In this document: positions 40,513-50,909 of the stretch, one piece after another | Layout: every line of letters begins with the position of its first letter | Numbering within the stretch: the stretch's first letter is position 1 | Source of the DNA: Candidatus Thorarchaeota archaeon | GTDB lineage: Archaea; Asgardarchaeota; Thorarchaeia; Thorarchaeales; Thorarchaeaceae | Length of the DNA stretch: 64,000 nucleotides | Assembly: GCA_016840855.1 (NCBI GenBank) | Contig: JAEORO010000060.1 | Coordinates: 1-64,000, forward strand | Direction: 5' to 3' | Notes under the pieces: generated by a model | Database searches by the model: none | What the model was told of the DNA's origin: nothing | What the model saw: the letters and a program-made list of their open reading frames with translations, nothing else | Program-made: the position numbers and the translations under genes

Positions 40513-41793
40513 CTATGCATCTAAGTTTTCAATTACAGTTGCGACTCCCTGTCCACCGCCAACACAGGCATTGGCAACTCCATACTTTGCCTTTTCATCT
40601 TTGAGAATTCTTGCCAAGGTTCCTGTTAATCTGATCATAGTAGAACCTAGAGGGTGCCCAATGGCAGTTGAGCCACCCATGACATTTACCTTCTCCTCGG
40701 GAATTTTCAGCTTATCCATGCAATTGAGAGCGACTATGCAGAATGCCTCATTTATCTCCCAGTAATCAATGTCATCAACACTTAGTCCAGCATGTTTGAG
40801 GGCTTTGATAGTAGCAGGTACAGGACCACGACCCATGACTGTGGGATCAACACCAGCCCATCCCATGGAAACAATTCGTGCCATAGGTTCAATCCCTCTC
40901 TTTTCAGCCTCCTTAGATTCCATTACAACAGCAGCAGTAGCGCCTGCATTTAGTGGTGAGGCATTCCCAGGAGTGATTACTCCTTCATCTGTGCCCTCGC
41001 GTTTGATATACCCCTCTTTTCCTCCATTCTTTTCAAGAAAGAAAGGTGTCGACACTCTGGGCAGGGTTGCAACCTTCTCAAGAGTTGAAAGTCGAGCACT
41101 CAAGTCTCTGTCTACAAGTAGGGGTTCGTCGACATTTCCCGGTGTATGTCCTTGCATAGGTATGATTTCACCTTTGAACCATCCACTCTCCTGATTCTTA
41201 ACTGTCAGATTATGACTCCTCACGCCAAATTTGTCCATGTCCTCCTTGGTGAAGGTGGGAACCTCCTCCTCATACAATTTCTGCGCGGTCTGCAGCATAT
41301 TGAATACAGTATTGACATCTAAACCAGGTCTATAGAACTCAGAGGTTTTATCCCCAAAGGAGAAGTTTGGTTCAACCCCCGTTCCCCTAACCCGGGTCAT
41401 ATGCTCAAATCCCGTTGAGAGCACAATTTTGCTGAACCCTGTCATGATTTCCATTATGCCAATATGCATACCCGACCCAGCAGACCCGCATTGCCGGTCA
41501 ATAAAGATAGAAGGTACATGATGTGGAAATCCAGACAAAAAGGCGGGTATTTTTCCTCCATATGTCCAGTTCTCAAGGACTCCTGCAGCCACTCCGACTG
41601 TGATTTCTTCGATATCCTTTTTCTCAATCCCTTTTTCCGCCAATGATCCATCAAAGAATTTTATGAGCAAACGGGATAATAGCTCATCTCCTCTGATTTC
41701 ACCGAACGCATCATTCTCCGGATCTTGAGGACGTGATCGTGAGAATGGAGTTCGTGCATAGTCAACCAACCATACATCCTTCAGCTCTGTCAT
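40513..41793 (-). CDS. Acetyl-CoA acetyltransferase (thiolase)
   Basis: DRQCGS, NEAF, AIGHPLG, CVGGGQG. Confidence 0.95.
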   Translation of the reverse strand: MTELKDVWLVDYARTPFSRSRPQDPENDAFGEIRGDELLSRLLIKFFDGSLAEKGIEKKDIEEITVGVAAGVLENWTYGGKIPAFLSGFPHHVPSIFIDRQCGSAGSGMHIGIMEIMTGFSKIVLSTGFEHMTRVRGTGVEPNFSFGDKTSEFYRPGLDVNTVFNMLQTAQKLYEEEVPTFTKEDMDKFGVRSHNLTVKNQESGWFKGEIIPMQGHTPGNVDEPLLVDRDLSARLSTLEKVATLPRVSTPFFLEKNGGKEGYIKREGTDEGVITPGNASPLNAGATAAVVMESKEAEKRGIEPMARIVSMGWAGVDPTVMGRGPVPATIKALKHAGLSVDDIDYWEINEAFCIVALNCMDKLKIPEEKVNVMGGSTAIGHPLGSTMIRLTGTLARILKDEKAKYGVANACVGGGQGVATVIENLDA

Positions 41794-41934
41794 AGTCTTT
41801 TACGAAGTAGTCCTTTGTTTTAACTCTTTATTAGGAAAGGTGTTGAGATTGGATGGCAAAAATATGTAAATTATTATCGGAACACGTGTTCTAAATTCAT
41901 CATCCTTTTTTCCTTGTTCTGATATAAGATAGAC

Positions 41935-42729
41935 ATGCCATTCATTCAGACTGGAAACATCAGAACTTACTATGAGATGCATGGCGAGGAAGGACCAGTG
42001 CTTGTATTCTGTCATGGAGCTGGTGCTTCTCATGATATGTGGCAGCCACAGACTGAACACTTCTCAAACAATTATAGAGTTCTGACATATGACATAAGAG
42101 GACACCAACAATCTGAAGGCTCGGACGAAACATACACCTGTGAACTTTTCGCAGATGATCTCTACTTGTTGTTGGAGCAGCTTGACATATCAGAGCCGGT
42201 TGTTATTGGCCTGTCACTTGGAGGGATGATAGCACAAGAATATGCTGTGAAGTACCAGTCGAGTATTAGAGGATTGGTTCTGGCGGATACAGCAGTAGCA
42301 GCAGCCCTCACAAAATCTGACAGACTCCTGAAGGCAATGTATCCGAAGTGGTTGGTGAAATGGACTATCAACAGAATGAGTGATGAGAAATATGCTGATT
42401 GGTCATTCAAGTACTTTGATATGAATAACGATGTGAGAGAGTATCTCAAACAGGAGCAGCTGAAAATGAGCAAAGAAGAGCTGCTGAAAATTACTGATGC
42501 TATCTACACATTTAAGCTACTTCCCTTGGAAACGATTAGAGTGCCAACTTTAATCATTCTGGGAGAGAATGAGAGAAAAGCAGTATTTCCTCATGCTGGT
42601 AAGATGGTGGAACTGATTAAGGACTCTCAAAGAGTAGTTATTCCAGATGCAGGGCATGCCTCCAATCTTGAAAATCCGCAGGTTTTCAATATAGAGCTAG
42701 AGAAATTTCTTAGAAGTATAAGTGCATAG
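41935..42729 (+). CDS. Alpha/beta hydrolase
   Basis: HG, D.RGH, GLSLGG nucleophile elbow, AGH...E.P. Confidence 0.9.
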   Translation: MPFIQTGNIRTYYEMHGEEGPVLVFCHGAGASHDMWQPQTEHFSNNYRVLTYDIRGHQQSEGSDETYTCELFADDLYLLLEQLDISEPVVIGLSLGGMIAQEYAVKYQSSIRGLVLADTAVAAALTKSDRLLKAMYPKWLVKWTINRMSDEKYADWSFKYFDMNNDVREYLKQEQLKMSKEELLKITDAIYTFKLLPLETIRVPTLIILGENERKAVFPHAGKMVELIKDSQRVVIPDAGHASNLENPQVFNIELEKFLRSISA

Positions 42730-42734
42730 ACAGC

Positions 42735-44339
42735 CTAGAGAAGGTTCTTTGCTAGATAGGGTCCAACATCAGTAAAACCAAGAGATCGATAGTATTCTTT
42801 GACTCCAATGGCACTGTTTACGAGGATTTGCAATGCATCAAAATCATTTCGTCCAATGTCTTCAGCTGCGGACATCATTTTTTCTCCTAGACCCAAATGT
42901 TGCCAAGCATCACGATCCCTTTTTCCAATGTCCACCACAGGACCATACACTCTTAATTCACGGATGATGACTGAGGATTTCTCAATCATCTCGATTCTTT
43001 GTGAATCAGAACTTGGACTCCTTAGACGGAGAAAGCCAAAAAGCACGTCTAGATTTGAATCTTCCAGTGAGAGAAATACCTCTGTTCCATCAGAGGATTC
43101 ATAGTCATGTCGAACAAGTCGTATATTGTTCGGATCAATTTTCTCCTCAGACCTCATTTGAAAGTGGCCAATCTCTCTGTATCTAATTGTTGGGTTTCTC
43201 TGACCTTTAGTTTTCATTCGTTCATGAACTAATTCGCGGAGATTCCCGGAGTTTAGACCTGCTTCAATCTGATGTAGGGGGATATCCCGTTGCATCCTCT
43301 GTATCCGTACATATCCCGGCATATCACTGACTGCATCTGAAACCAGACTCACTACCTGTTCAGTTGTATAAGGACTATATTCTCCCGATTTCCACCAATC
43401 ATATAGTTTCGTGTTCTTGACCACAATCGTTGGATAGATTTTCAACATATCAGGACGAAATCTTGGGTCAGCAAATAGCTGAGCGAAGGTCTTTAGGTCG
43501 CTTTCAACTGTTGCCTTGGGAAGTCCGGGCATAATATGATAACACACCTTTAATCCACTGTCACGGAGCATTTTGGTTGCATTCGATGTTTCCTTAACAC
43601 CGTGTCCACGCTCTACTTTTTGAAGAATTTCATCAGAGAGAGTCTGCACACCAATCTCTACCCTTGTGGCACCCATATTGAGCATGTTGTCTATACTTTC
43701 TTGGGTCACCCAATCGGGTCGAGTTTCAAAAGTAAGTCCGACATTGCGAACCTCTGCTGTTTCGTTAATCTTTTTTGCTTGTTCAATATCTTTGCTGACT
43801 GATCGATTCATTGCATCTAGACAGCCTTTAACGAAGAATTTCTGGTACTCAGGTGGTTTCGAGCACCAATCACCACCCATAACAATCAATTCGACTTTGT
43901 TTATGCTGTGGCCAATTGTTGATAATTGTGTGAGTCTGCTCTCCGCTTGTCTATATGGGTCAAAATCATTCTGAATCCCTCTCATGGTGGCAGGCTCGTG
44001 CCCAGTATAACTCTGAGGAACTCCGAGATCAGGACCTCCAGGACAGTAAGCGCATTTTCCATGGGGACACTCATGAGGGGTCGTCATAGTGGCTACAACT
44101 GCAACTCCCGAAACTGTCCGTACTGGTCGTTTCTGTAGAAATGGACGAAGAATCTCTGATTCTTCTGGTACTGTAACTTGGAGTATGTCGGCATTTCTAG
44201 GGGTTTGTGTTAGCTTGTATTTAGCAGAAACCTTTGTCTTGATTCGGTTAATCACCTGTTTGCTAAGGGGTTCGGATGACCCGAGCAGCATGTCAACTAT
44301 CTCTCGGTAGATATGATAGTCATCTACAGGCGCTTTCAT
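42735..44339 (-). CDS. elp3: tRNA uridine(34) acetyltransferase Elp3 (radical SAM + KAT)
   Basis: RTVSGVAVVA, CPHGKCAYCPGG, ETRPD, QRDIP, RELRVYG, WQH.GLG. Confidence 0.96.
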   Translation of the reverse strand: MKAPVDDYHIYREIVDMLLGSSEPLSKQVINRIKTKVSAKYKLTQTPRNADILQVTVPEESEILRPFLQKRPVRTVSGVAVVATMTTPHECPHGKCAYCPGGPDLGVPQSYTGHEPATMRGIQNDFDPYRQAESRLTQLSTIGHSINKVELIVMGGDWCSKPPEYQKFFVKGCLDAMNRSVSKDIEQAKKINETAEVRNVGLTFETRPDWVTQESIDNMLNMGATRVEIGVQTLSDEILQKVERGHGVKETSNATKMLRDSGLKVCYHIMPGLPKATVESDLKTFAQLFADPRFRPDMLKIYPTIVVKNTKLYDWWKSGEYSPYTTEQVVSLVSDAVSDMPGYVRIQRMQRDIPLHQIEAGLNSGNLRELVHERMKTKGQRNPTIRYREIGHFQMRSEEKIDPNNIRLVRHDYESSDGTEVFLSLEDSNLDVLFGFLRLRSPSSDSQRIEMIEKSSVIIRELRVYGPVVDIGKRDRDAWQHLGLGEKMMSAAEDIGRNDFDALQILVNSAIGVKEYYRSLGFTDVGPYLAKNLL

Positions 44340-44436
44340 ACTCTCAAATATCAGAGAACGTGGTTTAATAGACTGTGGTGTGACTCTCGTTGACGAAAAG
44401 TTCATAACCTGTGCAAAGGTGGTGCTTCTAGCCATA

Positions 44437-44574
44437 GGGGTGGTGGCCTAGTTCGGTATGGCGACGGGCTCCAGATCTAGGTGCGTAACGCACCTGAATT
44501 GGACGGGGTCAATAAATGACCGTCGTCATGAAGACACTCGTCGATCGGGAGTTCAAATCTCCCTCACCCCACCA
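44437..44574 (+). tRNA. tRNA-Trp(CCA) with 61-nt intron at 37/38 (44475-44535)
   Basis: ACGGG-CT-CCA-G[intron]A-CTCGT, GGGAG-TTCAAAT-CTCCC, encoded CCA. Confidence 0.9.
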
Positions 44575-44648
44575 TACACGTTTGTTGGTTTTTCTACTAC
44601 CGATCTAGAATCCGTGATGATAATAAGTCTCAGGGCTGGATGTAAACT

Positions 44649-45338
44649 ATGGTCAAAACAAAGACACAACTGTATGGCATTTGCGGAGTCGATGAAGCAG
44701 GTCGAGGACCAATGATTGGGCCTATGGTAATCTGTGGGGTTGTCATCGATCCAGATTGTATTCAAGAGCTTCAAAAGCTGGGCACTCGTGATTCGAAGAC
44801 TCTTTCGCCCTTGCGTCGTACTGCACTAAGTAAAAAAATCAAGAAAATAGCTGTTGCTACAAGATTCAGATCTATCTCTGCTGTAGATATCGATAGGCGT
44901 AGAAAACATACGACCCTGAATGAGATTGAGGTTGATGAGTTCGTTTCTATTTTACGTGAGTTAAAACCAAAGACAATCTATTTGGATGCTGCTGATGTGA
45001 AAGCTGATAGATTTGGTAGGGTAATTGGAGAGAAGAGTGGTCTCTCAGTAAAGGGAGCAGTAATCATATCGGAACATAAAGCTGACTCAAGATATCCCAT
45101 AGTTTCTGCAGCCTCAATCTTAGCTAAGGTTGAACGAGATCGAATCATTAGCAACCTACATGAGAAATATGGTGACTTTGGGTCTGGATATCCGTCTGAT
45201 CCCAAGACTGTTGAGTTTGTGAGAGACTTAGTAAGAGCCAACAAGAAGCTGCCACCGATTATCCGAAAAAGCTGGGATTCTGTTAAGAGAATTATCGATG
45301 ATGAATCAACTAAACAAGCCGCCCTTGACTCATTCTGA
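44649..45338 (+). CDS. rnhB: Ribonuclease HII
   Basis: GVDEAGRGP, DSK, HKAD, SAASILAKV.RD, GSGYPSD. Confidence 0.96.
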   Translation: MVKTKTQLYGICGVDEAGRGPMIGPMVICGVVIDPDCIQELQKLGTRDSKTLSPLRRTALSKKIKKIAVATRFRSISAVDIDRRRKHTTLNEIEVDEFVSILRELKPKTIYLDAADVKADRFGRVIGEKSGLSVKGAVIISEHKADSRYPIVSAASILAKVERDRIISNLHEKYGDFGSGYPSDPKTVEFVRDLVRANKKLPPIIRKSWDSVKRIIDDESTKQAALDSF

Positions 45339-45339
45339 T

Positions 45340-46305
45340 TCACTGGCTTGATCGTTCGTCAATTATCTTCTTGAGTTCACGTGGTTTCTCAATACCATCA
45401 AGCTCAAGCTGCCTAATCACCGGTAAATCGGATACACTTTCACCAGCTTTTCCTTCTTCAACGATTATGACTGCATCAGATTCTGTCACTTTTGAAACAC
45501 TCTTGAGAATTTCCATCCGTTTCTTAAGAGTCCAACTTGCGATAGAACCGACTCCAGACATTAGTGGTGGTCCTTCTTCTTTTGCTGCAACATGGAATGG
45601 TGCCCGGTTTGTCCAAAGGACTTTCATTCCCAAGCGTTCAAAGAATTCATTCACACGTTTCTCTAGTTCAGGTGTTTCTTGCGGTGGTTTATCCAACTGT
45701 CGATATGGTTTCTCCATCGGTTTCTCTTGCAGCAAATCAATGGGAATCATCAGATCTGTTTCAAGTACCTTTTCAAGTCTTTCAGCAATGTCGGAACTGA
45801 CATCCATCTCATCTTTTTCATATGCGAGTACTGCTCTTGCAGATACCTGAATACAGTCAGCAAGCTCTTCTGTCGTCATTTGTTGGTTAAGTCGAGCCTC
45901 TCGAAGTTTGGACCCATCGATTGCAACGAAACGACCACCTCTCTGAATAAACTCTCTAGGTAGCTGTCTTTCTGCAATCATGCTCTGAAAACTGGGAGGA
46001 GCGATTGTGGATACACCATATCTCTTGTAGACCACTCCAGGGTCCAACTCTCCTCGCCTTGTCTTAGTTCCCACAACAAGAGGTGTTGCATTGAAGAAAT
46101 GTGCTACTAGTTGAAGAGCAATTGCATCTTCACTACTAAGGGCGTCAATGTTTGCAAGTACTTTTACCAGAATGAGCTGTTCATCCCTTCGTGCGACAAG
46201 ATCAAAGCAGCTTGGTCGAACATCACATTGTGAAGAAAGTCTAAACCCAGCATCCTCTAGATGGTTAACAACTTCCTGCATTAGCTGAGTTCTTGCTTTA
46301 GTCAA
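45340..46305 (-). CDS. Conserved archaeal HTH regulator (COG1395-like)
   Basis: CFDLVARR, KVLANID, GVVY.RYG, RGG.FV.IDG, HTH, APF. Confidence 0.87.
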   Translation of the reverse strand: MTKARTQLMQEVVNHLEDAGFRLSSQCDVRPSCFDLVARRDEQLILVKVLANIDALSSEDAIALQLVAHFFNATPLVVGTKTRRGELDPGVVYKRYGVSTIAPPSFQSMIAERQLPREFIQRGGRFVAIDGSKLREARLNQQMTTEELADCIQVSARAVLAYEKDEMDVSSDIAERLEKVLETDLMIPIDLLQEKPMEKPYRQLDKPPQETPELEKRVNEFFERLGMKVLWTNRAPFHVAAKEEGPPLMSGVGSIASWTLKKRMEILKSVSKVTESDAVIIVEEGKAGESVSDLPVIRQLELDGIEKPRELKKIIDERSSQ

Positions 46306-46386
46306 ATGTCTTTACCACTGCTTTCTCTATTTCGAACCTTTTTCAGCATATCTAATAGTGAAAATATGGCCCTTGCTTCCATTTTA

Positions 46387-46848
46387 TCAATCAAAATTGA
46401 AACTTGAGTCTTCTTTTGACGAAATAACAATTCCAATGGTGGTTGTAGATGGCAATTTTTGTCTGAGTATTTGGACCTGAGGTCTGGCTAGTTTCTCAAC
46501 CGGTTTCCATCCGGAGAATTCTTCCCACCCTAGGTCAACATATCCTATGATTCTATGGATTAAAAATAATTCGATTTTGTTGCCAGCTACTGTATAGATA
46601 CCATGTCCATAATCTAGTCGTCTGAGGATTACAATTGGCAAGTTGATGTCTTTATGGAACTTGTTTGGTACTTCAAGACTGATTTTTTCTATCTCTTCAA
46701 TCTGGAATACTGAGATTTCTCCAATCCGTGTCCTAAAGTGTGGTGAAGTAACACCAATCAACTCGCTCAGAGGAACTCTTGATTCAGGGAGGTGGTCGTT
46801 AAGCGTATCAATATCATGCTCAATCATCTTGTCAATGAACTTGCTCAC
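46387..46848 (-). CDS. DUF61 (UPF0216) family protein
   Basis: LNDHLP..R..L..L, LPIVI, Q.LR.KLPSTT; GTG start overlaps the fibrillarin stop. Confidence 0.8.
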   Translation of the reverse strand: MSKFIDKMIEHDIDTLNDHLPESRVPLSELIGVTSPHFRTRIGEISVFQIEEIEKISLEVPNKFHKDINLPIVILRRLDYGHGIYTVAGNKIELFLIHRIIGYVDLGWEEFSGWKPVEKLARPQVQILRQKLPSTTTIGIVISSKEDSSFNFD

Positions 46849-47543
46849 GTCAGTTCCTCCGTGACTCGGCAAACAATGAATCGGTGGTCCTTTTCAAGAG
46901 GACTCAGGTCGATGTTATCAACCACTTGAAGCCCAAAATTATCAAGTGTCGCTATTTCTTTGCTATAAATCTCATCGAGATCAGATGCTGAATCGATGCT
47001 TCTTGCTTTGATTGCCAACATGCCCCATGCACCAAAAGAACTGAATGTTTTGAGGTTCTCATATAGAATGGTTGCTTGGTTTGGTTGTGCAACATCTTGA
47101 TAAACCACATCAATTGGACCAGCAACCACTGATGCATATCGTGTAGGATGTCTCGCGTCTTCGACAATAGGGATTATGTTAGGACGATTCGCAGCTAGAT
47201 GAATCAGCTCTCTTGCAGTTCTCTCTGAGAACTCTACTGCGTAAACTATGCCGTTTTTACTCACTATGTCAGAACAGTGACTCACAGTAGTGCCTGACGC
47301 TGCGCCAAGGTAGAGAATCTGAGAACCAGGCTGAATTGGCATCTCTGAGAGACCATTCCTTATTGCGGCGGAGAGTTTTGATCTCCGAGTAGACCAAATT
47401 CGATATTCTTTTTCTTCATAACTAATGAGTTTCTCACCGTACACACTGATGCCAGGCGCAATTGACTCTGTACAGAGTGATGTGCGCTCATCATCCTTGA
47501 TTGTATAAACTCCAGAAAATTGATGAGGAAGTACTGTTACCAC
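46845..47543 (-). CDS. flpA: Fibrillarin rRNA/tRNA 2'-O-methyltransferase
   Basis: VYGEK, RSKLSAAI, LYLGAASGTTVSH, DVAQPNQ. Confidence 0.96.
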   Translation of the reverse strand: MVTVLPHQFSGVYTIKDDERTSLCTESIAPGISVYGEKLISYEEKEYRIWSTRRSKLSAAIRNGLSEMPIQPGSQILYLGAASGTTVSHCSDIVSKNGIVYAVEFSERTARELIHLAANRPNIIPIVEDARHPTRYASVVAGPIDVVYQDVAQPNQATILYENLKTFSSFGAWGMLAIKARSIDSASDLDEIYSKEIATLDNFGLQVVDNIDLSPLEKDHRFIVCRVTEELT

Positions 47544-47544
47544 T

Positions 47545-48777
47545 CTACCTACCTCCACGTCTTTTCTTTGACCGACCTCTGCTTTCGCGTTTTTTCTTAG
47601 GTTCAGGTTTGGGTTTTGGTGGTTTGGGAGGGGGCGCCTCAGGGTTTTGTTTCCGTATCTCCTCTACCCTCGAAATGAACTGGTCTCTGAGATTAGCGCC
47701 TACATCTCTATTGGAATAGGCATCGATTCTTGCCGCTATTGAGAGTTTCCCAGCAAGAGATCGTGCAATCTTCCCTCTTTGCCAGTATGGTGCGTTGTTC
47801 ACTTCTGGAACTCGATAGATAATACCATGTTTAGGAGGGTCTGCACCAGTTTTCAGGCTCCTGAAGAGAGCTTTCTCTGCACCGAAGACCTGAATTGTAC
47901 TAGATGGCTTTCTAGCAAGCTCCTTCAAAGACCCAGCCAGACTAATCAAACGGGCTCCAATCATTGGCCCTGCGAGTGCTCCAATATTTGGAGCTACAGT
48001 GCTCATCATTGTACTGATGTAGGCTTCTAGCTCAGTTCTCATTTGTAATAAGCCATTCACACTCTTAGCAAGGTTGGTTATTATAGCAAGATCAGTGTCC
48101 AGTAATTCAGCACCGATATCACCGGTTAAAGCTTTGAGCACCTGTTCTGTAACTGCATCAGGTATCCCTACCGATTGCATACAATCTTTGTTGATGTTGG
48201 TCTTTCCAGCACAAGCATCTAGAATCTTAGCAAATGCTACTTGGTCTTCAACCAATCTATTTAGTGATGGATGATGTAATGAGTACCATTCACGCAGACG
48301 CATAATTAGCACATTGATTGATTTGTCTATCTCATCAACAGCATCTATTGCGTTCTTTATGAGAAGATCTTTCTCTTCACTTGCTGCGCTTACACGCTTC
48401 TTTGCTAATATGAGAGCGACCTCACGTCTGAATGCAGAGATGTCTTCAGATGTTGGTGTAATTCCCGCTTGAATCAGGTAGTCATCTTGGCTATCTCTGA
48501 ACCATTTTAGAGCAGCTCCCTCCTCTATCCGTACATTGAGGTTCTTGATTTTTGAAATGGTCCGGGCAAACATGGCATCCTCAACAATAATTTCGTTTCC
48601 TTCAATTCCCTCCAGACCACCTTTAATTGTGTCAGTAGCAGTTTCATCAGTGATAGCCATCAGATTGGTAGCGGCTAAGTCAGAATCTGGATAGAACAAA
48701 TATTTAGAGGTCACCTTTCCTTTCTCATCGAGAATGAAGAGCCCAAACACATTGATTGAAAGATAGACTGACACCAA
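47545..48777 (-). CDS. nop5: Box C/D RNP protein Nop5 (Nop56/58)
   Basis: RLREWYSLH, APN, GARLISLAG, PSSTIQVFGAEKALF, PKHG. Confidence 0.96.
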   Translation of the reverse strand: MVSVYLSINVFGLFILDEKGKVTSKYLFYPDSDLAATNLMAITDETATDTIKGGLEGIEGNEIIVEDAMFARTISKIKNLNVRIEEGAALKWFRDSQDDYLIQAGITPTSEDISAFRREVALILAKKRVSAASEEKDLLIKNAIDAVDEIDKSINVLIMRLREWYSLHHPSLNRLVEDQVAFAKILDACAGKTNINKDCMQSVGIPDAVTEQVLKALTGDIGAELLDTDLAIITNLAKSVNGLLQMRTELEAYISTMMSTVAPNIGALAGPMIGARLISLAGSLKELARKPSSTIQVFGAEKALFRSLKTGADPPKHGIIYRVPEVNNAPYWQRGKIARSLAGKLSIAARIDAYSNRDVGANLRDQFISRVEEIRKQNPEAPPPKPPKPKPEPKKKRESRGRSKKRRGGR

Positions 48778-48892
48778 TTATCCTTCCTATGGAAATCTGA
48801 CTGTTGAAAAGGTTGAACTCCGGATAAGTTTGTTGTCATGACTCCACTTAGCTTATTACAGAGCAGTTGGTAATCCTGTACAAGGTGTCAGA

Positions 48893-49768
48893 TTGAAAAT
48901 CACAGGTTACTGGCTAGCTTCTGGGGTGCTCGGGGTTACAGCCGCTTCCATGGGCCGAGTGATAGAATCTGGAGCAGATGTGGTTGTGACAAAATCCATT
49001 AGCCTAAACCCTCGACAAGGCCATTCAGGTCCAGTCATCGCAACATCTCACGAAGGACTCATCAATGCGGTGGGTCTAACAAACCCGGGAATAGATGCTT
49101 TCAAAGAAGAGATGGAAACTCTAAGAGAACAGAATATACCTGTGGTCCTTAGTATCTTTGGAAATTCGATTGAAGAAATTAGAGAAGTGGCTCTCAAAGG
49201 TGTCCAGCTGGAGCCGTCAGCCATTGAACTAAATCTCTCTTGTCCTCATGCAGAAATTGGGCAAATTGCACATAGCCCAGATTTGACACACAAGTATGTT
49301 GCTGCGGTCAAAGATGTAGTAGATTGTCAGGTATTTGCCAAACTTACACCCAACGCCTCTGATGTAATTTCAGTTGGAAAAGCTGCTGAAGATGCTGGAG
49401 CTGATGCTGTCGTTGCTATAAACACGCTTCGAGGAATGAAGATTGATATTTATCAGATGCGACCAGTACTAGGTAACAAAGTAGGGGGCCTTTCAGGGCC
49501 ACCAATTTTTCCAGTCGCAGTGAGATGTGTCTATGATTTGAGTCAGGCTTTGACAATACCAATAATCGGAGTAGGAGGTGTTTCTACATGGGAGGATGCC
49601 ATAGAGATGCATCTGGCTGGTGCTAGTGCGATTCAGATTGGTACTGCACTCATTGGAGGAATGAACATTTTTTCAAAAATCAAAAAGGGCGTCGCAAAAT
49701 ATCTGGATGAAATGAATATTTCAGAAATATCTGAAATCATTGGTGCTGCATGGAGGTCTATCTCTTGA
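48893..49768 (+). CDS. pyrD: Dihydroorotate dehydrogenase (class 1B catalytic subunit)
   Basis: LASG, TKS, NAVGLTNPG, ELNLSCPH, KLTPN, INT, GGLSG. Confidence 0.95.
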   Translation: MKITGYWLASGVLGVTAASMGRVIESGADVVVTKSISLNPRQGHSGPVIATSHEGLINAVGLTNPGIDAFKEEMETLREQNIPVVLSIFGNSIEEIREVALKGVQLEPSAIELNLSCPHAEIGQIAHSPDLTHKYVAAVKDVVDCQVFAKLTPNASDVISVGKAAEDAGADAVVAINTLRGMKIDIYQMRPVLGNKVGGLSGPPIFPVAVRCVYDLSQALTIPIIGVGGVSTWEDAIEMHLAGASAIQIGTALIGGMNIFSKIKKGVAKYLDEMNISEISEIIGAAWRSIS

Positions 49769-50589
49769 GAGTGGAAAATCTCATGGGAAATCCCCAATCT
49801 GTATATGTCTTAGATGTTATTCACGAAACTGAAAACGTACGTACAATCGTTATCGATGTCAAGAAACGCATCCGAAAGTTCGCTCCTGGCCAGTTCCTGA
49901 TGGTGTGGATTCCAGGAGTTGATGAGATTCCTATGAGCATATCTTTGTGGGACCCACCGAGAGTTGGAATTACAGTTCTCCCTATTGGTGAAGGAACAGA
50001 AGCGCTTGTTTCACTACAAAAAAGAGACTGGATTGGTATTAGAGGACCTTTCGGATCGTCTTTCTCTCTTGAGTCAAGGAAAGCTTTGGTGGTCGGTGGT
50101 GGAGTTGGAGTGTCGCCTCTGAAGCCCTTAGTTTATGACCTTCTCAGGAGTGGAACTGAAGTAACAATGTTGATTGCAGCAAAAACCAAGCAGGAGTTAA
50201 TATTCTTTGGAGAGTTCTCACGATTATTGAATGAGAGATTTGTTTTAAGAACATCGACTGAAGATGGGTCTGAGGGTTTCGTGGGATTGGCTACTGACGC
50301 TGTGAAGGAGATTCTTCTAGAGAACCAATTTGATACATTATATACATGCGGTCCTGAGCTAATGATGTATGGTCTATATGATTTAGTTAAAGAAAGTAGG
50401 ATGTCATTTCAAGCATCACTCGAGCGATTCATGAAATGTGGATGTGGTATCTGTGGAACCTGTTCCCTTGATCCTATAGGGTCACTAGTATGTGTTGATG
50501 GTCCAGTATACAGTGGAAAACAGCTATCGAAAATCATAGAATTTGGCAAGTATCATAGGGATGCAGTAGGCAAGAGGAGGAAATTTTGA
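49750..50589 (+). CDS. pyrK: Dihydroorotate dehydrogenase electron transfer subunit
   Basis: PGQFLMVW, RGPFG, GGGVG, CGPE.M, MKCGCGICGTC...C.DGPV. Confidence 0.93.
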   Translation: MEVYLLRVENLMGNPQSVYVLDVIHETENVRTIVIDVKKRIRKFAPGQFLMVWIPGVDEIPMSISLWDPPRVGITVLPIGEGTEALVSLQKRDWIGIRGPFGSSFSLESRKALVVGGGVGVSPLKPLVYDLLRSGTEVTMLIAAKTKQELIFFGEFSRLLNERFVLRTSTEDGSEGFVGLATDAVKEILLENQFDTLYTCGPELMMYGLYDLVKESRMSFQASLERFMKCGCGICGTCSLDPIGSLVCVDGPVYSGKQLSKIIEFGKYHRDAVGKRRKF

Positions 50590-50635
50590 ACCTCAGTTGA
50601 AGTTAGGAGGCAGATTGTTTGCAAAAGACGTTGGA

Positions 50636-50797
50636 TTATTTTCTGACTCCAACAACTTGGCCCTTTACGTATCGTTTAACATAGTTTCTTTTATTGCGTA
50701 TTCGAGGAATTGGTGTGTGTCTCTCACGACCATGAACTTTAGGTGTGGATTCGCGAACCTTTCCAGCTTTTGTAAGTGAACCGTGTGAACCAGGCAT
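50636..50797 (-). CDS. rps30e: 30S ribosomal protein eS30 (not in ORF track)
   Basis: Manual translation MPGSHGSLTKAGKVRESTPKV...RIRNKRNYVKR (53 aa); HGSL.KAGKVR..TPK signature. Confidence 0.95.
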   Translation of the reverse strand: MPGSHGSLTKAGKVRESTPKVHGRERHTPIPRIRNKRNYVKRYVKGQVVGVRK

Positions 50798-50909
50798 TTT
50801 GTGCTCCTCTGTAAAGGACTTAGTTGTAGGTCCGAATTGTTCTCATAAAAAGCTATCCAATTGACCCCCTATTGTACGACCTTAATAACCCCGGTAGATA
50901 CCCGACTAC

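Noticed and set aside
44458-44715. 85-aa ORF, and the 107-aa ORF at 9602-9925
   Set aside because: They overlap tRNA-Trp and tRNA-Ile respectively; shadow ORFs.
50597-50779. 60-aa ORF on the + strand
   Set aside because: Antisense shadow of eS30 (50636-50797, - strand).
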